64,000 nt of DNA from Octopus sinensis (GCF_006345805.1 NC_043017.1:5642001-5706000), one strand, 5' to 3'. Positions 41,111-53,167 are shown, numbered from the stretch's first letter. Numbers and translations are program-made. The notes: generated by a model not told the origin, from the sequence alone.

Positions 41111-41169
41111 GTACCACAGGCCAGGCAGTTCATATGCTGTCCATACTCTCTACTTGACGGTCTGGACCT

Positions 41170-41505
41170 TACCTTCATCCTTGTGGGGTCGATAAACTAA
41201 GTTGAGCACTGGCGTTGATGTATTTGACTTATCCTCTCCCTCGAAATTGCTCTCCTTGTTTCAAAATTTGAAACGATTATTATTGAAGGTGGCGAGCTGG
41301 CAGAATCGTTAGCACACTGGACAAAATGCTTAGCAGCATTACGTCTGTCTTTACGTTCTGGGTTCAAATACTGCCGGGGTCGACTTTGTCTTTCATCCTT
41401 TCGGAGTCGGTGAAATAAATACCAGTTGAGCACTGAGGTAGATGTAATTCACTCCCTTAAAATTCCCTCCTTTAAAATGCAGGCCTTATGCCTAGAGTAG
41501 AAGGT
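41170..41505 (+). mobile_element. Two tandem SINE family B copies (41170-41275 partial; 41288-41505)
   Basis: ggtggcgagctggcagaatcgttagcac head directly after a Ba tail. Confidence 0.85.
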
Positions 41506-41511
41506 ATCATC

Positions 41512-41526
41512 AGCAGCAGCAGCGGC

Positions 41527-41570
<44 letters not shown>

Positions 41571-41788
41571 GTGGGAGGCAAAAGCAACAGAGGCTAAATC
41601 AAATAATACTTTGCGGTATTTAATTAAGTACCGTCAACGTTTCGAGTTCAAATCTCGCTGCAGTTGGCTATACCTTTCAAAGGGGTCGATATATACTCGA
41701 CAACAACTCTCCCTTAAAATGCATGACCTTTAGCTAATGTTAGAAACTATATCTCCTCTGCCGATGCCGCCGTTGCCGTCATCGTCAT

Positions 41789-41852
<64 letters not shown>

Positions 41853-41901
41853 TCTGCCGCTGCTGTTGCTACTACTACTACTACTACCACTACTACTGCT
41901 G

Positions 41902-41960
<59 letters not shown>

Positions 41961-42045
41961 TCTGCCGCTGCTGTTGCTACTACTACTACTACTACTGCTG
42001 CCGCTGCTGCTGCTACTACTACTACTACTACTGCTGCCGCTGCTG

Positions 42046-42076
<31 letters not shown>

Positions 42077-43031
42077 TACTTCTACTACTACTACTATTAC
42101 TACTACTACTACTACTACTACTACATCTACTTAAGGTATACACCAAATAACTATTACACAAGCCCTAGCTTATGAGACAAGAGAAGAACGTTTAACTGTG
42201 ATGTAGTGCTGCTGCTTGTAAAACTGGCAATGCTACCACTGCAACATTAACATCTACCATCGTAATAATTATTACCACAACAACCATGCCATCATTACCA
42301 CCACCATCATTATACCGCAGCCACAAAACCACCACTATGATCCCTATTACCCTCATCTGCAACCGTTACCACCACCACCAACAACAACCGCATCGTTGCT
42401 ATCGCCGGCATCACCACCACCACCACCACCATCACCATCACCGCTGTTATCTTCAGTGCTACTACCGCTACCACTACCACCATCACCTGTACTGTCAGCA
42501 CCACCACCACCACCACCATCATCTCAGTATCCATTATTACACAGCATCATTACCACCACTACCAACCACCACCACTACCATCACCACCAGCAGCGACACC
42601 ACCGTTATTAACACTAACACGCCTTCTACATCCATCCATCTATCCTCCGCCTTCTCCTCTTCCTCCTCACTATCATCATCATCATCGTCGTCACCGTCAT
42701 CACTAGCTACCTACTACAACTATCCCCCACAAGTCACTGTTACTACTACTACTACTACTGCTGATGATGTTGCCATTGATCTGTTGTAGCTGCAAAACAT
42801 ACATACATCAACAGCACAGCACAGCGCAGCAGACATACACACACACACACACACCACACACACACACACACACACACCACACACACACACACACACACAC
42901 CCACTCGCACACGCACATACAGTATACAATTACACAGCAAACACACATACACAGCATAGTCACACGTACAGCACGCACGCACGCAAGCACTGCATACAAA
43001 CATATACAGCTTCAACAGCACACTCATACAT

Positions 43032-43075
<44 letters not shown>

Positions 43076-43173
43076 CACACACACAGATGCGCGCACTCAC
43101 ACACACACACACACATACACACACACACAAACACACACACATATATATACACTCACACATGCGCGCACTCACA

Positions 43174-43217
<44 letters not shown>

Positions 43218-43339
43218 TATATATATATATACACTCACACACACATGCGTGCGCGCACTCACACACACACACACACAAAACGCACACACACACACACCAC
43301 ACACACAAACGCACACACACACACACACACACACACAAA

Positions 43340-43382
<43 letters not shown>

Positions 43383-43832
43383 CACACACACACCCACAAA
43401 CACACACGCGCACACACAGCACAGCGCAGCACAGCGCAGCAGACATACACACAGCACAGCGCAGCAGACATACACACAGCACAGCGCAGCACAGCGCAGC
43501 AATGTGTTTTTATGTAAGTCAGTCAGTGAAACTGTCTGACATAGAACGACGTTGTTAGGTTGTTGTGTAATGGAAGATGTACTCATTGTAAAAGGTCACT
43601 GGGAAAAGAAAGGAAAGATGTAGGTTACTGCAGCTGCACCAGCTCTGCTGCTGCTGCTGCTGTTGTTATTGTTGTCACCACCGCCCGCAGCAGCAGCAGC
43701 AGCAGCAGTAGTAGCAACGGCAGCAATAGCAGCAGCAGCAGTCGTAGCAGCTTTGCGAAGGTGGGTGGTGCTGTTACCACTGGTTACCTACTGCAACGAT
43801 CATGATACTGATGATGATGATGATGATGATGT

Positions 43833-43864
<32 letters not shown>

Positions 43865-43865
43865 T

Positions 43866-43896
<31 letters not shown>

Positions 43897-44099
43897 ATGA
43901 TGATGATGATGATGATGATGTTGATGATGATATGATGATGATGATGATGATGTTGATGATGATGATGATGTTGATGATGATATGATGATGATGATGATGA
44001 TGTTGATGATGATGATGATGATGATGATGATGTTGATTGATGATGATGATGTTGATGATGATGATGATGATGATGATGATATGATGATGATGATGATGT

Positions 44100-44131
<32 letters not shown>

Positions 44132-44161
44132 TTGATGATGATGATGATGATGATGATGATG

Positions 44162-44201
<40 letters not shown>

Positions 44202-44900
44202 ATTAGTTGCGATGGTGACAGTGATGGTGATGGACTCGGTCATATTAGTGGTAGTTGTGGTCATGGCGGCGTTTTTAAGGTAGTTGTTTTGATGGCGTGG
44301 TGGTAGCGGCGGTGGCAGTGGCGGCGGTGGTAGCTCTGGCGGCAGCGGTGGCGATGCCGGTGCCGGTGGTGGTGGCTTTTAAAGGTAGCTATGGTGATGA
44401 TAATAATGATAACTATGCTGGTGGTGGTGGTGGTAGTATTATAGGTATTTGTACTGACGTTAGTAATAGTGGTGCGGTTATTGTTGTTGTTTAGCCCCCT
44501 GCTCAGCCGTAATCGAAAAGACATAAGCCGAAAGACATTCAAACCGTGGCCATTCCATCGTTTTCCTATGTGCAGAGTACTACTCATGACTACCGTTATT
44601 CAACATGTCCTTTTTAAATTTTTGTTAAAGGGCACAGTAAAGTTTGAGGGATCTATGATGATATGTTCGGTTGTGGCGTGTTGGTGTTTGCTTTAGTCGT
44701 AATTATAGTGTTGGTAGTGGTAATTGTGGTTGTTGAGGTAGCAATGATATTATTAGTGCTAATGGTTATAGCGGTGATGCGAAAGTAATAAACACTATTT
44801 GTGGTGGTTTTGGTATGTTGGTGTAGTGGGGGTAATAATAGTGATAATAGTTCTATTGGTAGTACTAGTGATGATCATAGTGGAATAGTAGTGGTGGAAA
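41512..44900. repeat. 3.4-kb cluster of trinucleotide and (CA)n arrays
   Basis: (CAG/TAG)n, (CTA/CTG)n, (CAC/CAT)n, (CA)n, (GAT)n, (GGT)n read directly. Confidence 0.95.
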
Positions 44901-46164
44901 ATTGGTGGTCATGTTTTGTGTTTGTTTATGTGATAGTTCAGGAAGCACGGGAGAGCCCATGACCTTTGTAGACGCTCCTAGACTGTAGAGATTAATATAG
45001 TTGATGTTTAATGTAACATCTGTAGGCCAGATATTAGCAGGGAAAGTGTGGGCAGCCAGCAGGTTTTAGTTTTGGATCGGAAGGATAAGATGAATGAACC
45101 CGATACGTGTAGGAGTTGCTTCTGGGTTTGAAAGAGAGGTTATAAAAATGGCAGTTAGCCTGTTGGGTACCGAATCGTTACTAAACAGTAAAATTTAGTC
45201 TAGAAAGAAACATTCAGGCCTCAGCCTTGTTTTCACCATGGTTTTGGGAGCGACCTGGGAAGGAGTGGTCGCTGGGGGTTAAAAGAGAGATTATAACAAT
45301 TTACAACTTCAAGTAGGAGACCATGGTAGTGGTGACGAAAATGGCAAAGTGAGTAAACAATATAACCTGTTGGATACCGAATCATTGCTAAACAATAAAA
45401 TTTTGTCTGGAAACAAGCGCTCAGACTGCGGCCCTGTTTTTACAATCCTGTAGCCATCACGAGAGCAATTGTAACAACATGACAAGAGACGGATGTAGCA
45501 GTTGACAGTGTTTGAAAAAGAATCATTTTTTGGGATCAGCACTGACAGTTAGCTCTATAAACACTAAAGTATTATTATCTTCAAAGCAAAGTATCAACAG
45601 CAAGATGCACTGCGACGTTCTCTGCTTATGGGAAATACTTAGAGGAAGCCAGAATGTATGGTAAAGTTATGGTAGTCGAAAGCCCTTACTTTACAGCTGT
45701 AATATCTTATTTGAAGGAGGGTTTTGTTATAAAAGCTACTTCAGAAACAGAACACATACAAGTTTTTACTGAGGGGCTGAGCAGTTTTCTGAAAACATTG
45801 TCTGCAAACCTCTGGCAAAAGTCTATAGTTTCTATTTTAACCCTACGAAACAAACCAAAGATTACCACTGAGAACTTCAAAAACCATCGAATCTAACGGG
45901 GTTTATATTGACAGACAAATGACGTTTTTTGTGCTTTTTGTAAGTTAGTTCAGGAAGGAAGAGAAAGCCCTTTGGTTTGGCAGGCGCTCCTAGGATTTTA
46001 GTTTTGGAGAGAAAGGACTAGACGAAGTTTTGGAGAAGTGTTGGGTCTGAGGGTGACCCGACGGGAAAGGTGGTTGGATTTGGAGGTTATACAGTTAGCT
46101 ACTTCAAGTAGGGAACTGCAATGGAAGAATGGACAGAACAGAATCTGGTTATATTAGACAACTC

Positions 46165-47290
46165 ACCATGAGAAGCCCAGAAACTGTCATTTCAAATCTT
46201 AAACTCAGAAAAGGCAATCGGGTTGGATGATATTTTATCTGAGTGTATAAGTTTTTCAGACCTGAGACAAAGAAATGTCTCCTACAGTTATATAACAAAG
46301 GTTTGATAATACACATTTTACCTACTATCTGTAAGAAGACATTCGTGATAACGCTGCTGAAATAAAGTTAACAGCCATCAATCCCAAAGCGTTGTAGGTT
46401 GATTTCACTTACCAGCCACTGACAAGCTCTTTACGCGCGTTAGCTTCAACAGACTAGCATTGGCATTAGATGAACGTTTCATTTCTGAGCAAGCAGGATT
46501 TCGTCCTGACAAATCAACAACGCATCAGTCATCTTTACCCCAAAATACACCGAGAATGGTTATGAAAAAGTGATAGATTTCTGTCGTCTTTGCTGAACTC
46601 TGCAGTCAATCATAGATGTTTGCTCAGCAACATTCGAGGTTACAAGAGACACCCAGCTCACCGAGCCGATTGAAAGCGTATTGCAAAATAGATTTTTTTA
46701 TGGTGTTGGACAGTAAATGAAGTAGGTGGCATAAGCTGAAAAATTGTCTGCCTCAAGGAATTGCTCGCTTGCTTTTCAACATATAACTTCTCGATAGTGG
46801 AGGATAAGATAAAAAATTTCCTTGATCAGTTAGCATCTTAATACGAACAGAACCACTTTCGTGCACTCCATCTACGACACAAACGTGTGCCTTCCATTTG
46901 AGAATCCTTAAACCAAAACACCAACGCGACGGAGACTGATCTGGAACACCTCTTGAGCTCTGTAAATACCATGTGTACTTAGATATGACCGTGGATCACT
47001 ATCTCTACTTCAAATTCCACATCCAAATGACAAAAGAAAAAAGTGAATGCTTGCAATAAAATCGTAAACAGGCTTAGAAAAACAAGTCCCTAGAATCTGC
47101 TTCTAACTGTCCCAGCATCCTAGCATTCTATTTCACCACATCTACACCATCGCAGTATGTGAAAGATTTACTCATGCTAAGAAGCTAGATCAATCTTTGA
47201 TACTTTAGATTGATTACAGGGTACCTTAGACCAATAAACACTAATAGTCTCCATATTTTGGGGGACATAGTCTCACCAGCCATTATTAAA
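46165..47290 (+). mobile_element. Degraded I-group LINE RT, Ingi/Vingi-like
   Basis: Decayed GLDDI, EQAGFRP.KST, ENGYEK, VNHR.LL, LPQG..LFNI, HAKKLD, ITG.LRP motifs across frameshifts; clade assignment from memory. Confidence 0.65.
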
Positions 47291-47592
47291 TCAATAACTA
47301 GCACAACGAAATAGTATCTCAGAGTCTCTGAAGTTGAGGAAAAGCTGTCTCAGATGTGTTACATTGTATAGGCTCTCTAGACTATTATTAAGTCGCTTCC
47401 AGCATTTTTACCCCTAACACAGAACCTGCCAATGCTAATTTTTCTACGGAGGATTTCAGTTAATGTTAAGATTTACTTTTTTTTTTTATGTCATGGAGTG
47501 AATTTACTTAATAGTCCAGTTAAGTATATACATATGTACATAAAGTATACACACACACGCACGCGCGCGTATATAAATATATATATATATAA

Positions 47593-47743
47593 AGAGTGAT
47601 TTTAAATTCTCAAACGCAGGATAATGCTAATAATATAGCCTAGCCGGTCGCCAGCACTTTTTTCTGCAAAATAGGGGTGGCTTATCCTGTTCAGGCTATA
47701 TTATTAGCATTATCTTGCGTTTGAGAATTTTAAATCACTTTCT
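47593..47743. mobile_element. ~150-bp MITE with ~48-bp TIRs
   Basis: agtgattttaaattctcaaacgcaggataatgctaataatatagcct vs reverse complement of aggctatattattagcattatcttgcgtttgagaattttaaatcact. Confidence 0.85.
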
Positions 47744-47803
47744 AAGACATCTCAACGCTTCTCAACGTTTGTTTACATTCATCGTAATTTGAATTTTATA
47801 TAT

Positions 47804-47917
<114 letters not shown>

Positions 47918-48098
47918 AATGTATATATATATATATATACATATATATACAAATATATGTATATATACTATATATATATATATATATGTATATATCAAGA
48001 CTTGCTAATGTAATTGAATAGCATGTGCTGATTAAATTATGGGTTACCACAGTGAATGAGTGAGTGAGTGAATGAGTGTGTGTGGTGTGTGTGTGTGT

Positions 48099-48132
<34 letters not shown>

Positions 48133-48571
48133 CCTATTAGTAGAGTTCGGAGCTTGTTTTTTCTTTCTTTGAAGATGAATTTGTTTTGGTATCTTCAACA
48201 TAATAACACAATTTCACACCTTTCGTGTTGTGTCATGTGGTATTTTACATAGCGGACAGATTCCAGAGTCGTTCATATATGATGTTGCACTGTTTATTAT
48301 TTACCATTTTACTATTGCAGTTATGTTTTTTTTTTATTCCAGTTGTATTTAGACGGTGATGTTTCATTTCTTTTGGATAGGCTCCGGGAATGTGTGTGTG
48401 GAGAGGGGGCGTATGTTTGAGTTTGTGGCGTATGTGTGTGTGATTCCGATGTACTGCTTTTCAGTTTGTTCGACTTTCGATTATGTTGCTTTATGGACTA
48501 TACTTGTTTCTCATTTACACTGAATTATCTCATGATCACTTGACATCCTATGGGGAATGTATTCATATGCA

Positions 48572-49425
48572 AAACAAAACTAAATGCAATACCCAATGAA
48601 TACACTGGACCCGGAGGAATAGCAATCCCAGAGGCACAATCAGTGCGTGACCTAGGTATTTACATGAGTGATGACGCGACCTTTCGTGTACATGTTGCTA
48701 AATCGGCAATGAAATGTAGACGACTGGCCGGATGGATCCTCAGAACCTTTAGAACAAGAGAACAAGAAACCATGATGGTCCTCTGGAGGACACTTGTCCT
48801 AAGCCACTTTGACTACTGCTCTCAGTTATGGTCACCATCCAGTGTCAAGTTGATCACAGAGCTCGAGGCGATCCAACGTAGCTACACGAAGAAGATAGCC
48901 TCTATGCAGAATGTAAGCTACTGGGAAAGACTCAAGAGATTAAAACTATATTCCCTGGAGCGTAGGCGGGAAAGATATGCCATAATATACATCTGGAAGA
49001 TCCTGGGGGGAAGTGTCCTGAACTTTGGCATCGAGAGTTACGCAAATGCCAGAACTGGGCGCCACTGCGTGGTGCCTAGGACTCCAAACTTGCCATCAAA
49101 ATGTAGGACAAGATTCTGTGATAGCCTGGGCTTCCGAGGCCCACAGCTCTTCAATATCCTCCCGAAGAACCTGAGAGACCTGCATGGGGTGGATACAGAT
49201 GTCTTTAAAATGAAGCTGGATCTCTTCCTGTCAGGTGTCCCAGATGAACCAACTTCACGACAGGAGGGGCAGATGAGGGCAGCTGCATCGAACTCTCTCA
49301 TGCACCAAATAGCAGTTGCTAGAAAGCCTTCATGAAGTGAAACCAAGTAGCAACACCAAATGGCGGTGCCCCAGCATGGCCACAGCTCATAAGCTGAAAC
49401 TAGAATCAATCAATCAATCAATCAA
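48572..49425 (+). mobile_element. Young 5'-truncated CR1-clade LINE; uninterrupted RT C-terminal frame ending at 49335, 3' UTR, (AATC)n tail, 9-bp TSD
   Basis: VRDLGIYM...ILRTFRTR...LSHFDYCSQLWSP...LEAIQR...YWERLKRLKLYSLERRRERY; TSD TCATATGCA at 48563-48571 and 49426-49434. Confidence 0.95.
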
Positions 49426-49544
49426 TCATATGCATATTATGTGTTCTTTTGGTGATGCATTCATGTGAGTGATATATGGCTGGTGGTAGCTTGAAAACTG
49501 AAAAAAAAAAAAAAAAAAACTACAAAAATTTATAATATAAAGCA

Positions 49545-50080
49545 CCGTATTTTCTGGTCTATAAAATGCATCGCTATTTAAGCTGCAGGGCCGAATATGG
49601 GGGTGAACATTTTGGTTTTATCTACACATAAAGCGTTTAAAAGCGTTAACCTAGAGAAGCTAAGGGTCCGCAGCTAGCTTTTTTGTTGTTGACGTGTATG
49701 TAGTTTCAAAATACCTTATTTGACAACTATGAGATGTATTGTTATTGTTTTGATTTTATCTTTCTATAATCAACAACAAACACATTTCGTTAATATTAAA
49801 GTCTTTATTGGATTAAATATAACATTACCAAAACATGAAGGTAAAACAAAACAAATATGCTTTGTTTTCTTCCAGGCACTAATGTACTGTAGCAGTAGTC
49901 TTTCACGTTCACCGATCGACCTTTCCTCTGAAAAAACCAGTGGAATCATTCGATCTCCATACACAAATTATTTTCCTCCAGAAACTTATTAAAAAATGCA
50001 CACATTTAGCGCACCTTTCTCTAAGCCACACATTAAATTTCCAAGGTAAAAAATAGCGTTTTATACACCGGAAAATACGG
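49545..50080. mobile_element. ~535-bp non-autonomous Tc1/mariner-pogo-type element
   Basis: TIRs CCGTATTTTCTGGTCTATAAAATGC / CCGTATTTTCCGGTGTATAAAACGC (22/25); TA on right flank. Confidence 0.75.
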
Positions 50081-50219
50081 TAATATAAATTCAAAAATGG
50101 TTTGCTAGATTTGATCTCGCAGCCTCTTTTTGGGAGAGGTTCCAAAGAAAGGTATCTGGTCCCAGGGTGTCATCAAGTGACTGCCAAAAAGCACATACTC
50201 GATATTGTGGTTGACTGTT

Positions 50220-52060
50220 AGAATTAAAGAACCTTGCTTGATTAAATTGTAACTGCACTATTTTCTGGAATAGAAGAGATGATAATCTTAGGTGTGAATC
50301 GAATGTATTTTTCAGTTATGTTAACATTAATCCTGTATCTTACTAAATACTACCTTGTTTAAATAACAGAATTGTGTGTATGTCCAGGCCTGTATCATCT
50401 TATCGTTCAGTGACCTCTATCAGTGCTTCTTCACCAACAATAACTAGTTCTGATGAAGAAAAAATCTACTTTATGGATAACTAAAAGATATTATTCAGAC
50501 AGTTCCAGTTGGGGATAAAGTAATAATTCTTGAGAATGTCTACGCATTTGATGAAAATTTTGGAATATGGAATTGTTAAGAACACCATAAAGTGGTACAC
50601 TCAAAGTCAAACTCTACTGCTTTACTTTTGCTACAAATGTGCACAGATTTGAAATACACAAAGACCTTACGTAAGAGATCTACGTAAGAATTCTGTGAAT
50701 ATGTAAGTCTGTGAAATTTACTGGCTCAATAAAACTATTCAGTGAAAGATTTAAAAGGTAATCAAAATAATGAAAAATACATGGTGGGTTGAGCTATAGT
50801 TTTCAGAAAACATGAATAAAAAGATATAAAGAAGCTCATAAATCGGGTTCATTGTCCTGACTCAATTCCTTGGACTCTCATCAGAGCTAAGGATGACAAA
50901 ACACTTATTAAAGATTCAAGACCCTAAGATGGTGGCAAGAATACTTTAGTAATCTGCTTAATTACTCATCAAACATTGATTATTTTTTTATAGAATTAAT
51001 TCAGCGAATTCCAGTAAAGCACTTTCTGATGATCAGCTTACTTTCAATGAAGATATTCTGTGTGCAAATTTAAAAATGGAAAAACTCCTGGCATTAATGT
51101 GATGGTATTGCTGTAGGAGTTCTGAAATCTGTCGGAAATGTTATGCTGGATATTTTGCATAAACTTATATCTAATCTATGGGAAAATGATACACAGTTCC
51201 TCAAAATTAGAGAGCTCCGTTGTTGAAAACGTTCTACAAAAGAAAAGGTGATAAAGATATATACGGTAATTCTTTATACATTTCTCTCCTCAAAGTTGTA
51301 AGGAAAATATTGAGCATCATTATTTTTGACAGGCTCATTAAATACATCAGGATATCTCTTTCTCCCGAGTATAAATCAAATTTTCGCACTGGACGAGAAA
51401 TCAATGACGTGATATTTTCAGAAGAGACTTGATCTCTATCATTGCTTCATTGACCTCACCAAGGCCGTTGATTCAATGAAGCGTAAAGCATTATGAGCAA
51501 TTTCTAGCAAAGTTGGTTGTCCTGATAAATTTACAAATATCATTAAGACCTTTCATAAAGATACGATAGCGCGTGTTGCAATTGATGGAGAATACTCAAG
51601 GCTATTTTCAATCAGTGACGGTGCAAGACAATGTCATATAACAACCTTTTCTCTTTTTGCCTCATACTTCACCATATTTTTTTTCATTTGCTTTCAGAAA
51701 CTGTTCTGAAGGTATTTATATACGCTACTGCATAACTATTTTATAAAGAATTACATAAAGTATGTTTTTTTTCGCAGAATTTTGTTTTCTTAAACAGTTA
51801 TGTGAAACAGTTGGAGCGTGTCCAACAAAAGTGCCTCCGTGAAATTTTACATAGTCGTTGAGCAATATGAATGATGTAGAAGTTTTGGTGTTAGTAAATG
51901 TCGTAAATGTATAGCGACGTTTGCAGACTGATGAGGGCATGCCATATAGTTCGCATGTAAGATGAAAGAATTCCGAAGCGTAATATATCTACGGAAAACC
52001 ATGATTTGGGAAAAGACCTACTAACAAACCGAAGTTAGATACAAAGATTCTAAAAAGAAC
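50220..52060 (+). mobile_element. Heavily degraded RTE/BovB-type LINE (APE endonuclease, RT and C-terminus)
   Basis: ISASSPT..SDEEK, VPVGDKVIIL; YKRKGD..GN...ISLL; FIDLTKAVDS..K.GCP.KF; ERIPK..GKRP..KPKL.YKD. Confidence 0.85.
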
Positions 52061-52142
52061 ATAACTGGAAATTTTGAAAAGAAAAAAGAAACTTGATACA
52101 CACACACACACACACACACACGCATATACTTTTATTTCTTCA

Positions 52143-52183
52143 TCAGTTTCAGCTCAAGGGCTGTGGCCCTACTGAAGCACCAC
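52143..52183 (-). mobile_element. Orphan CR1/SINE-A-type 3' tail
   Basis: Reverse complement ggtgcttcagtagggccacagcccttgagctgaaac. Confidence 0.55.
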
Positions 52184-52528
52184 AAACCGAATCAGCGTAA
52201 CATCAAAATTAAGGGTATGACGTTTTTAACATGGCTTCTATTTCCCCAGTCAGTACGGAATACGAGATACTTTGATTTGTGAATCTCCGCAATTATCATA
52301 TTTGTTGTTCGATAGTTTTCAGTGTATGACTGCAAGGTCTCTCAGATAAAAGATTTTGCTGTTATTTCTAATTTGTAGCAGCCTTCTGACTTTTTGCAAT
52401 CGTGTCAATGTGACACTTGGGTGGATATAATAGGTGGTGGCCAAATTCTGTTGGCCAGTTGCGGTACTTTATAACTGTTAACAATGCTGAAAATACTGAC
52501 TTGAATACATGTTTTGTATTTCAGAAAT

Positions 52529-52935
52529 ATGGTCAGTTGTGAGAGAAGAAAAATGCAAAAACAGCCCCAATGTCTTCTGCCATATTTGTGGATGTTACAC
52601 TTTACTTAGGCAGCGAAACAAAATCACAGATTTTGTGAAGAAAGAATCCCTTGCTTTGGCACGAAACTGGGTGATCAAGACAAAGCCTGGACACGGCATA
52701 TAGTGTGTAAAACATGTGTTGAAACACTGAGACAGTGACTGTTTCAAATACTTAAGTAGGTAGTTTCCAGCTCTGTCTTGCAGAAAAAATTAAGTTTGGT
52801 GTGTTTGACGGGTCACAGATTTGATGGTTATTGCAGGACGATCAGTTTTGGGGGATCGTGTCTGACATTGAAAAAGAAGCATGGATTGCTTTTGTTACAG
52901 TTGTGTCTGATTTCCAGGGAAACATGAAGTCAACT
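52529..52935 (+). mobile_element. Internally deleted DNA transposase, Chapaev(3)/CMC-like
   Basis: RKCKNSPNVFCHICGCYTL...ITDFVKK...KLGDQDKAW..HIVCKTCVETLRQ joined to CFKYL...FPALS..KIKFGVFDGSQI...EKEAWIAFVTVVSDFQGN; superfamily name from memory. Confidence 0.7.
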
Positions 52936-53074
52936 TGTATTGTACCAAATTTCGAAACCATATATAATATATAGTTATATATAACTATATAAATACCTGC
53001 ACGTTGCTTAATGCCGAATGAATGAGGAAGGAGTGATCAATACCTGTTGTAGAGTATATGGTTTTAATTTTTTT

Positions 53075-53120
53075 TTTTTATCTGAAGATCGCAGTGGTGT
53101 GAAACTCGAGTTTCAAAATA
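53075..53120 (+). ncRNA. Hammerhead ribozyme-like motif, decayed
   Basis: CTGAAGA (53082), GCA/TGT stem II, GAAA (53101), 2-bp stem III with palindromic loop (GAAACTCGAGTTTC), GTT triplet; stem I mismatched next to core. Confidence 0.3.
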
Positions 53121-53167
53121 AACTGTCCGCTTCAATTTTAACAAAAAAATTATATATATATGTATAT

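Noticed and set aside
41730-42161. 137-aa poly-Leu and 143-aa poly-Ser ORFs
   Set aside because: Pure (CTA/CTG)n translation
49720-49992. Acceptor-like ttttcttccAG followed by a short open frame
   Set aside because: Lies inside a TIR element; peptide not recognised
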